Below are positions 34,301-46,300 of a stretch of DNA of 64,000 bases, one piece after another. The DNA is taken from contig JYFJ02001089.1 in the NCBI GenBank assembly GCA_000934665.2, forward strand, positions 1 to 64,000. The letters run 5' to 3'. The stretch is from Catajapyx aquilonaris. Taxonomy: Eukaryota. A program made the translations under genes and the position numbers. Position 1 is the stretch's first letter. Each line of letters begins with the position of its first letter. The notes under the pieces were generated by a model. That model did no database searches, was not told the origin of the DNA, and worked only from the letters and a program-made list of their open reading frames with translations.

Positions 34301-37300
34301 AAACAACGTTGCTCTTAAGTCACAGGATCGAATTTTTTGGACAATGGGTCCTTTTACGCGAATGGGGCGAAGCCCAGGGGGGGCGAAGCCCCACCGCCGA
34401 GCGTAGGGAGCCACCTTTTACAATATCGGTGGCCATATTTTTTCAGGGCTGGTTGGTTTTAAAATTAAATCTGCTCCAACACTATTAAAACATCAACAGT
34501 TGTTCCCTGGCTATGCTTCATTATTTAGCGGTTTTAAGTGAGGATTTACTAGTTTGGATGCCAAAGGGGGCTCTGGAGAATGGTCGTGGCTTTTGCGCCC
34601 GGTTTCACTGCTAAGTCCGGGGGCTTTACACTGAATCTTCGCCTTTGTCATTACAAGCGCCCGTCAATAATGCCTCGGGACATAATTACGCTGGCGGTTC
34701 TTACGTCGGTTTAAGACTTGTTTGCGCTGATTGCCGATTCGAAATCAGAGCACATGCCAGGTGGGCCTACCTCATACTCTGCACACTATTATTACAAACC
34801 TCTACTGACAATAGCACATTGCGGATTGTTTGCATGCTTTTACTGTACAGCCCACAATGCGACGTGCGAATTGGGACACAGAACATATACATCAAGTTAG
34901 CAGAGCGAGATGGATGAGTGGAGGCACGGAAATTTCCGGTTGCCAGCCCGAGTATCCCTAGGCTTGAATTTATAATCAAAAGAAGATGGAAGCGATGAAT
35001 TTTGCGTATTTCCATGCAAATGGAAAAGAGAGGGAAAGTCTGAAAGTTGGATTGATTTCCCCTTCCCTGCTTCTGCACAACCCCCTACCCACATCCATGG
35101 TCGAACCACAAGCACACTTCCTCGTGGAAACCGCCTCCCTTTCTGCTGTTATTGGACTCAGAATGGAAATCCGTGGAGGGAATGTGCTCATGGCCTCTAC
35201 CCCGCCAGGAGATATTGAATGTTTAATTACCCTGTTTAATTTGCCAACTGGGGACTGTCAGTCTCTAGGGCGGGTCGGTTGATTAGCCTATCACGCGTCT
35301 TAGTTAATCCAACCCTGTAATGTAAGATCTTTTATAGTCTGACAAACAACCGGGCTGTACCTGGTGCTGCAATTAAACTAGCAGTTTTGTACACAAAACT
35401 GGCTGTTTTGTTAATTAACTACACCAAACAGCTGATTAACACTTTTGTTAGTGATGCTTCTAATTACAGGGGGGTTGAATACGACATAATGGAAATGGAG
35501 TTTTGGGTTTGCTCGGGTGCCTTTTGAGAGTGGAGTCCAGTTGGTGGTGGTCGTTGAAGCATGCCTCAATACACTACTAAGGCTGGGGCTGGGGAAGGGG
35601 AGATCTTGAGGCAATTTCCAGCGAGAGAGAGAGAGAGAGAGAGAGTCCTTTCGTAGCTTCTTCCATCCCTGGAGGCTCCAAAGCCCCAGCTGGCACTTGG
35701 CACAGGAATCCCACTAGAGGCGAATATGGCCCTGCCGGTCTGGAGGTCCTAACTTTTCCCCTACTCAAACTCCACATCTCTTCTGCTTCAGATGCTTGAT
35801 CTCCGCAGTTTCCCTCCTTTTTTCGCACTTTCCAGCAGAACCTCCGGATACATTTAGGATTTGGTCTGGAAATTTTTTTCGGACCGCAAATTGGTATCGA
35901 CACTTCAGGAAATCCTGGAGTATCCGAAAAGGATTTGGGGGATTGAATCACTGCTCTAATCACTGCCCATTTTTGGAAAGAACTGATGATTATTGAAACA
36001 GCTTGTGCTGGCCATGATTTGATGCCATAATCGTGAATGGTATATGATCAAACTGATCAAGGTTGATCCGAACTGGTTAAGTCTCAATATCCGGCTGAAC
36101 TGGATCGACAGGTGATCGAATAACCGCTAGCGGATGAGGTAGAGGGGAACAAATCGCAAATTGCAGTAAATCAGACCATGCTACAATGTAAGAGTATCAA
36201 ATGAGGTTTAATACGTGTATAGTAATTATTTTTTAATGCATTACGAAAGCTATGTCAATGTGGATTAAAAGTGAAAGCATGGCTGTAAGTGCGATTTTAG
36301 CTGCCTGATTGAGTCTTGAGTCGCATGCAAACCGTAGCGTGACGCAGGGTGACAAATGCTTTCTGGACACGTCGTAACTTGGAACGCAACCGTTTTTTTT
36401 TCTCTCTCTCTTTCCTTCCCAAACAGCTCTAGCTCTAATTTCTGCCTACTTCCACTCCATGCATAAATGGATCGCTTCGCCTTGTTCTCAGCCGTATGGA
36501 AAAATGGCGAGATAAATTATGGAGTGCGACCCGGTGCAGTTCTGCGCCATCAATTCTGCGTGGAAATTAGCAGGGAAATTGTGAGTGGCTGCTGCAGATT
36601 TCAGAGGAAGTGTGCAGTGTATAACGAGAGCGATCATACAGTCTATTAATACTGAAACCTACACAGGCTGACTAACAATAGGTCATTAGGAATTATTAAC
36701 TCGGCGTAAAGTGAGACTCAATTTCCGCGGCCTGGATTTTTCATGCACTCGACAGTATTGCCATGAGTTATTCAAGCACTGCTTGGCATAATCTGATGAA
36801 AAGGACTCTAATGGGAACCCGCATCTTAAAGCAGAAGGCTGACGAGGGGGAAAAAAAGCGTAAGTCACGAGGCTGAGGATTTTCCTAGGAACTCCCCTTT
36901 TTTATGTGCAGCCTGTTTTCGAGAACTGATTATATGCATGGCACCTTCTGAGTGAGAGGAACACGGAATGGCCATTTACGTCGCAGGAAAAGGCGCGACT
37001 TTTTGACACCCTGCTTTCTGCGGTGTTTTCCTCCACTTTATAATGGCGACTGTCTCACTGCAAGACTCCATGATAATGAACACTACTGCCTTGGGAGAAA
37101 CTTAACCTAAACCATATGCAAGTATAGAAACACAAATGTAATTAGTGGGTTATAGGCCCAGTGTAACGAATGAATAATTTAAAGGGGCCTACCAGCATAA
37201 CGAGGAGCGGACAGGGCTATGTTTTCATGGGAGGCAATTCCCTTGCGAAAGGGCTGATTATGGAACCTTATCTGCATGTGTATGTGAAGGGTTGCTGCAT

Positions 37301-40300
37301 GAATAGGATGAAAGGGTAGCTTCCTCTTACCTATCTTGCTCTGTGCACTGCAGGCTCGGCATATACCATGCATATCTATTACGGGTCCACTGGTTATCAG
37401 ATTTTATCTCAGAGGATATTCATCACTGGGCTGCAAGTGGACCTGTGGATATGCTCGAAATAGTTAGTGACATTTACATTTTTTAAATAAATAAAAAGCG
37501 AACGATGTTAACCTCTGAGGGAGGCCCTATGTTTTCCGTGACCTGTCGCAATTTAGCAACTTGTGAAAGAGCTATTGATTATCTGAGAGCTGAGAACATT
37601 CTGTTGTTTTGCAAATATTGCTTTATTGTTCTTTCTGGCAATGGCGCGGGTAGAATCTTCAATATTTATCGACTGTTGTTTACGTTTGCAAGCGCCCGCT
37701 TGCAGCAGCTACGTTCGAAAGCTCTTATTATTATTGCTTCTGGCAGAGTATTTTTTATGGATTTCCAACTGCTGCAGGCTGCTTCACTTACACAGCATCT
37801 TGACTCCACTTCATCTAGGATTGCTACAGAGGAGTTTCTTGGCAGGCAGCATCTCTGCTTTTCCTCTTATATTACCAGAGTGGTTCACGCCTGCAACCAA
37901 AGCGGTTCAAGATGATTGAGACTATAGAACTTTGCACTATACCTTTGTACTGTACGTCATATGCTTTCAGTCGTTACAAGGAACGAGTCATGTTGGATTG
38001 AATACTGAGGTCGTCGTTGCATGTATAAGATCAAAGTGAACTCTCTTTTGCCTAATTTCCATCGGAGCTTTGAGTCGAAAGAGTAGGTTCGGAAGGAACA
38101 AGGCCTTACTTTGTTGGTCGTTGTTACTGTGTGTTACTGACCTTTGCTATTCCTTGTGCAATAAAATATTTTCCAGTTCAGACTATATTTCTGTCCCGAT
38201 TTTTTCAAGATGTTTTAGCACAGGCCATGTGCTAATTCCCTTTGACTGGGGATAGCAAAAGTGTGCAAGGGCCATTAAATTTTCCTGGGCCCGTGATGCA
38301 GTGGCGTCGAAGCGTGAACATGGCCCGATGACGAATGACTCCCACCGCTGGGATTTCATCTGATCAAGAACCGAGTTAGTTGCAACTTGCCATCATGGCC
38401 TTATAACCCAGATGCCAGCAGATCCCCAAACTCGAGAGGGAAGTTGGTAGTTTGCAGACAGCTAGCTTCTATATGCAGTGGAAACAAAGCCCAGCACTGC
38501 ACGGCCAGTAAACTTCGACAATCTTAAGCACAGGTGTCACCTGGGAACTCCTGCTTAACATCCCAATGCACGTACAACGTGTTCAGAAGCGCGATATTGT
38601 CAGCCTTGATTAACTCTGAGCTTGGAAACTGTACCCCTGATATCTTGCCAGGGAAATATTGCAGCCAGGCGAACCACCAACTTGGTACATTCCGACAATT
38701 CTGGCCTGGTTAAATATATTATTTTGAAGGGTAGTTCCGATGCTGTTATCAGCTTTTCCAGACATGTCAGCAGCTGGTCGCGAAAGTCTGCATATAACTT
38801 GAGTTAAACAAGTCGACTGGGCTTTGTTGTACTTGGTGGCGAAAACGTTCCCGGAGAGTGAACACTTCTCGCGACGGTTACTTCAGATTCAAAAAGAGCC
38901 TGATGAATGCACCTGCAAATTGAAAATGGTTGCAATTCTAAAGAAACCCCCAGGCCGCAAGTAATATCGCAGGAACAATGAGCCCTCAGGGGGTTCGCAA
39001 GAAGTCGTGAAATTTGAACTGAACTGTACTTGCCGTAACTAATTGACCGCCTTTGCCGTATCTGTAATGTAACTAGTTTTCGAAAGGGACGTTCGACGGT
39101 AATTTAATCAGTATACACAGCGTTAACACCCTACACGAGCCGAATCAGGATAGGATTTGTACGGCCCGTCAGCCTTGATTGAGAGAACCCCGCCGAATGT
39201 GCCAACCTTTAAAGCCATCATGAACTTTTTTTCACTGCCATCCGGATTTTTTTAAATGTAATAATCAATCATAGGTTGGTCATATCCAAAAAGATGGCCA
39301 TTTTCACCATTAATGCTGCCTGTGTCAATGTGGGACAGGGTAATGAAAGGGAGATTCTAGCGTCTGAGATGGGTGGGTGGCAATTAGAATCTGTGGAGGT
39401 GGACATAGCCATGTTTGTCCGTGCGGTAGAGAGAGCCCGGGAAGTGTCAACAGGGCGAGAGTCCGGTCCAAATTGACATTTCGACGACCAGTCTCCCCCC
39501 ACCCCACCCCACCCCACTTTTTTTNTTCTTTCTTTTTTTTTTTTTTTGCGACCGCCCTTCCCCATGCAAATGAGGTTCAATCAATCACGCCCAACGTTTG
39601 AGGACCCTTCATTTCTAGTGGGATACAAAAGTGTCACATGAATCCATCACACCTACTTTTGCAAGCTCATAATTCAGCATTTAAAATGTTTGGTGCGTTG
39701 TGCAGCCGGTCATTAGAGTCGAACAGGATTGTTGATCAGCACTTGTTTGAATTGGTGATTCATATATATTTCCGGAGTTGTTACAGGTGTAATTCTGTCC
39801 GGTTGTGATATTGACGGATTCTCGGTGGAAGTTGTCATACGCTAGACTAGATGAAGCTACAGTGCGTGTCAACAGGGTTTATTGGACAAATTTATTGTTA
39901 GAATTCTGCTGGATGCTTGTGCCACGATATTCTTGTCCAAACATTTTAATTAACGTTATGGTGCATAACTCTTCATTGCTGTAATGTTGCCCAAAATGTT
40001 GCAAGTGTATACTGTACGGTCGGATCCCATGTGGCGTTTTACGCGACATTACTGCACTGGATGCTGTTGAAAATGTATTTTAAATTCTCTTTGACCCGAG
40101 AGAATTCCCTAGTTGACATTGTACTGTGGACTGTGTTAGATGCACTTAAAGCTACGGAGGGCAACGAACTGACCACATCCGCAATTAAAGGGGGATAGGT
40201 GAAGAAGTTATTAATTTAATGGTGTAGCAAACAGTTTAAAGAGAACCGACCGTCACAAGTGTATACAAGTTGCTTATTTTAAAAGTGGTGTTTGGGATTT

Positions 40301-43300
40301 AAACAGACCACAACTTCTTCCCCTACTACTGGTACACTACCACGTATAGGTTCCATCGGGTTCCATAATTAACGAGATGGATGAAGCCTATACGGTGGGA
40401 TTAAATATCAATGCATCAGACACACGACTTCCAATTATAGTCCCGAGGCAGGGTCAATTTATGCAAATGTGATATGTGATTACACTCAGGTGACTACACA
40501 TGCGAGAGAAAAATCGTTTACGATCTGATATTATCCTCTGATTGTGATTTATATTTACATTCTTCTACCTAAATCTATAGCCGGTTTGCACCATCACCTT
40601 CAAGAACATTATCCAGTTGGCTAAATGTTGTTAGTAGCAATTGTTTCCTGGAGGTTGTGCAACCGGACCTGAAGGAAGTTATTGCTCCCTTTATGAACCT
40701 CACGTATATAGAAACTCCATAACAAGCGGCACGTTGTTCCCAGATATTACTCGAGCACGCAAAGGCCTCTGGGTATTTGTAATTATCCTATATATCCGCA
40801 GCCGTCCGGAACATAATATCAGAAAAATGTATTAACTCGTATATGTACACAATAAACGCACTAACAAGGCCTGCTGAACAAGTTTCATAAGGAACCCATA
40901 AAAAAAACCTTTATGCATCTAACCATGTCAGATACTAAACATCTTTCCCCCCCCCTACATTGTTATACACACCATAACGAGACTCGGAGTGTATAAGGCT
41001 CCCCTGTTTTTAGCTCTATAGAACTATAGAGTCTATATACCGCTCCCCCTAGCCGCGGCCTCCCCCCAGGCAGACACTCCCCCGCAAGCGCGTCGGCTGC
41101 TACTCGGAGAGAGCCAGCGCGAAGTTCCCGAGGTGTGGGCGCCAGGTGATGTGGCCCGCAATACCAGTTCTCCACGTCCACCAGACGCACACGCGGTCCG
41201 ACCCTTGTAAGAACCAACAAAAGTTGAAACCAGGCGCGGGGAATAGGCTGCACAAAAAAATATTAGAAGGTGGGGGAGGGAGCGGATGGGGAAGCCACCA
41301 CGTGTGGGAGTCACGTCGCATGCAACTCGTGTTCACACGTGACCGGTACACGCGAAAGAAGTCATAAAAGGATAGTCGCATAATAGGTGATTGATTAGCC
41401 GGATTCACGTTGGAATTCAATGTAAGTAGCAATTTTTTTTTTCTAATGGTCTATTGTGTAGTACCTGTCAAGTGTTCAAAGTCATTCTGAACAGCACGTG
41501 CTATGTAGGGTGACCATAAAGTTTTGACACATAGGTTGCCAGGTGTCAACCAGCTATATAATGTGTCCAGACGTTAGGGTCACTGTTTGTCCAGATTATA
41601 TTCCTAAAAATACTTGTTTCACCCCTTGTTGCATTTACGTCTACTAGATCGGCGCACTATTTTTACGAGCCGGTTGTGTGTATAGTAGCGCAATGACGTC
41701 ACAGTGTTTTACGATATTAGTTTTTGGGGGGAAGCTGGAACCTATCACAGGGGGAAGGGAGGGAGCTTAATGCAATGTGTAGAATACCGTGATCGATAGA
41801 TTGATTTTTGGATGCGAGTCATCTATGCGGGGGGAGATACGCAATTTGTCCGTAAATGCTGTTCAGGGGTTCTATATTGACGGTTTCATGCGATGCCCAC
41901 ATCACACACGCACTGGGTATTAGGAAAAAAAGTCCAATGAGGGACAGGATGCGACGGGTGGAAATAATGCCCGAATTGGTCTCTGACAAGTGGTGGGCAG
42001 GCTTGGTCATTTTAAGGGGAGGCCAAGCTGTGGACAGGTGCATACCCATACATACTGGTCATGCTTCACCTGCTCGATATTTCTTTGCACTCACCTTTCG
42101 TTCTCAACTGGCAGTCCTCAGATCGATAAATTACAGGTCTGGGCGTGGCTTTGACGTTTCCCCGCCGCCGACACCATCTCCGCGTGTGTGTATCTATCCC
42201 CCGTTCTCTATCATGCCGTGCTAACGAGGCAGGGATGCGATACAGATCGGCCTCTAGAAGGCCAAAAGTGCGCCAACTTGAAGGTACCGGGTGAGGCAGG
42301 AGCGCGCCCCGATTTGTGACGACGAATTGGTCAAAATTTGCATCAAATTTTCGTATACTTGTAGTTTATGCTGTTGGCTGTTGTATAACCAGATGTTACA
42401 ACCCATATTCTGAGAATAATGCACATGTTGATTCTGGTAATTTTCACTATCTGCGTTAGGTCAACTGCCCTGATAAGAGAGCTCTTATGGAGTTATTTCT
42501 GTACAAGAGGGAAGATTTATCACGAGCCAGAAATAAAACGCTGAAATCTCTGCGGTATGCTCCAAGTACGCTGGTCGATTCCGTTTTTTAAATTATTCGT
42601 TGCACCTACTTAAGTGACATTATCACCTGTAGCGTAACCGCCGACATGCACTTTATAATGGTACAGCCTTTTATCCTGGCAGTCATACATCCCTTGTGCC
42701 TTCCATGCTTTCCGTGTTGTATGCACGAAAGGGGCTTAGCAACACTGAATGTAGAAGCACACATAATCCTTTCTACCGACTGAAAAAGCCTTTAAATTAT
42801 GAAGTTGTAATGCAGTGACGGAAATTACGTCGCATTTTTTTTTTTTTTTTTGCTGCTGGCCTTTTGACTGTACTGTACATTGCAGTAGTACGAAGTTGTG
42901 TCAGGCTGTAGTTGGCAGAGGTCTGAATGGTTCCGCTATTATAACGACACACAAGCGAGCGAGTATTCTGAGCAAAAATTGTAACCGCCGCGCCCGCGGA
43001 AGCGAGATCCGCAGAAATTACTGCCTGTAATTATCCGAATTAGTAGTTTCGGGATTGTCATATTTTTTTATTAGCCCGCACTTTTTTGTGTGCAAGCTCG
43101 TAGCCCGAGACATCGATTGCTTGCAGCGCTTTCGGACATACATGCGCCCCACCAAAAAAAATGTAAATGATGTTTTCGGTCCCCTGACTTCTTTATGGAT
43201 CTCCATTAATTAAAATGGCGAATTGTGCCAAGGCAGAGTTTTGGAGAGTTTGTTCAAATGTGTCTGTCACATCAGGTACCGGTGTATTTCCGAGCCAGCG

Positions 43301-46300
43301 ATTTCTGTCATCAGCACCGGGTAGTGCGCACCATACCAGGTGATGAACCTACCGGCCTCGTATTAAAGATTTGGTGCGGATTAATTATTCATTCACGTGT
43401 AATGGAAAATAACCCGCGGGCCTTTTCCTGTGTAGGCGCTACGTGGGGATGAATTAAAGCCGTGGAATTAACTGCATAAAGTTGCGAAAAACTCCGATGC
43501 GAATTTACGCGCGGCCTTTTTATTTTATCAAAAAATGAGGGTGCATTACGAATTAATGATTAATCGAGGGGTTTATTTTTTGAGGCGTAACTAAATAACG
43601 TAATTGCATGAGTTGCTAACCAAAATGAGGTGTAAGTACTGAAGCGATTAATTTACTACAGATATCTGCGCAGTGCTTCATTGCAATCTTATGATTAGGT
43701 ATTCAGAAGGTTTTCGTTATATGCAATATCATCAGTTGATTTGCCACACGCAGAATGCCAACTAAAAGGGGCCATCTCGAAATCCGATATGTAGCTGTAA
43801 TGGCATTGTCACATGAACCGTTCCTTCTGAACCTAGAATTACAGAACCTTCCCAGGGGCCACAGAGATGATTCCCAGCATCCCTAAAGTTATGCACCTGT
43901 CACGTGATCCGACTCTGGACCAGCCAGAGGTCTCAAGAGCGCATCAATCCTCCGCCTCCTTTTTTTTTTTTGCCTCTCGAAATAGAATATTAGATGCTTG
44001 GTGAGAGCTCAAAAGCCTCGAGTTTCCAGCATATCATAGGGAGGGTTAAATACAAGTCATGACATATAGAGGTATATAATACCTGACGTTTGGAGCGAAG
44101 AAATGGGTAGGATGCACCTACAAAGGGGGAAGAGTCCGAAGTGCTTTGTAAGGGTAATTAAAGCCCTTCTTTGTAGGCTTGATTCTCAATGGAAATGGGG
44201 TTTCAGCCAAGTCTTCAAAGGATTTTTTATATATATATAATTCTGAAGCTCCGGTTTTAGGCGGAAATGAGAGGAGAGCAAGGCAATTCGTCATGTGGCC
44301 AGAACAATAGTACTACCCTGCAAGTTAAGACAAATGCTGGTTTGTTTGATTCTCTCGAGTTTTTTTTATTATGAAAAAAGGGGGAAGCAGGGAGTGCATC
44401 CATTTTCTGGACAGAAGAGAAGTGATGAATACAGGTGGCCATTTTTTATTGTTGCTCCAATTAGCTGCAGGTTTTCGAAATGTTTGTCGGGCCAGCATGT
44501 GTGGAAAACAATCGAATGCGGTGAGTGTAAAAATGTGTGGGGGCGAGCTAAGTAATGAGACGCGATGCCAATGAAATCGCGATAAGTCACCGTGCGGGTG
44601 TTATTGGATTAGGAAATACAAGATCCCTGATTTAGGATTTTAATTTGGACTCTCTAGTATTGAGCTCCACACTTTTTTGGGGGGAAGGGCGGGGGGGAGA
44701 GAGAACTCTAGGATTGAGCTANCTAGGATTGAGCTATTTTTTTTTGCTCCCCCTCTATTTTAATTGAGCCGAAGCTCAACGTACTTTCGTGCCAACTTTT
44801 TTTTTTAGATGATTGCTTTTTCTCTTTCCCTTCTCCTCCAGTTTTTTTTTACGATTTTTGTCCGGGCTGTTATTACACAGGAAGGGAAGCCAGATTAAGC
44901 CCAGTTAGGAAGAAGGGAAGTTGTGCCATCAGGGAAAATTGTCTCTTTCTGGAATGGGGCGCGAGTGTTGCTGGAGGGGACCAAAGAAGAAGCATTTCTT
45001 TGTGGTGTTTTGGGTCGAATTACGCTTTTTTTCAGAAATGTCCTATGCTATTCAATCTCGTTTCTTGGCGGATCAAACCTCCGTTCGACTTCGATGACAT
45101 GTATGATTTGCTGGGCGGGAAAAGTGGTTTGGAATATGCGGTCGATTTTGCACATTTTTTTGCACATTTTTGATGGCTGGTGCACTGTGCTTTGTAGGTT
45201 GGCCTGAAAAGCTAAGCAAATATAATGCAGTCATGTTTGCATAACTGTCATCACTGAAATTGCCGACTGAATGTGAAACTAGCAGTTTTTTTTGCAGTGC
45301 TTTCAGTTTATTAAATATATAAAACGCACTTTATTAAGCACACGCATTATAGCAGGGTATTTGAGCAGGTAAAGTGGACCCCTATGCCAACACTGAGAAT
45401 ACTTGAACCCAATGGTGTTCTGCCATGTGTAATTCAGCTCTTTAATTAATGGCCAATTAAAGCATTGAGATGAATATACTATGAATAGTTTTTTTTAAAT
45501 AAATCCATTAAGTCCTCTTCTGCGTGGATAATGACAATATGGATTTTTATGACCGTCATTGGACATTCTGTATACATAAACAGTCCGGATTTTTAAATGG
45601 AATATGTTGTGTTTGAATCCGGCGGCATACACGCAATTTGTGTTGCCTCCTTCCCAGGATACATACCCTTAGTCCTTGATGCTGCTGCCCCCGTCAAACG
45701 AAGCCTGAAACAACATCTGATATGACCGAGGCTTGTAGAGACAGGAAGGAAGATCTTGATCAAAGCTAGTGTTGGCAGCTGCCTTGTGCAACAATGTCCC
45801 CATTAATGAATTAGAATCGGAGTGAAATGGCGCCTAAACGGGCCGAGGCCTATAGGCAGCTTTTACATGTTCAGCTTTTCGGCCCTGGTTCCCCCTCGGG
45901 ACGGATGAGCGTTTTAATGCCATGAAAATTGGGCGTCGTTCCGGGCCATAATATTCTCCTGCCCTGCTTTATTACTGCGATTAGCAGGTTGGGGGGGAGG
46001 GGGGGATTTTTGTTTCAAAATTTGGACTCTCCTGCGCTTGTTTTGAGCTTGCGGGCGCAGATTTTGGCGTTTATTAGCGCTGTCGAGATGTTGAGTGTCA
46101 CACGTGACGTGACACCCTTCATGTCCACAGGGCCGGGAGGGTTCCAAATAATTAAGGTGCCCTAATTTAGGGGGGACATGTAGCTTGTTGAGTCAAACGC
46201 CTCCGGACATTAGCACCTGTAGTTTCAAGTAATGCGCCACGTTCCATGACGGGTGTTCCGCAGGAGAGGGTACGCACCCTCTTGACCTTCACACAACCGC

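Noticed and set aside
44708..44736. Direct repeat CTAGGATTGAGCTA-N-CTAGGATTGAGCTA
   Set aside because: The duplication flanks an N, so it is a contig-overlap assembly artefact; the Ns at 7886 and 39525 also sit in homopolymers
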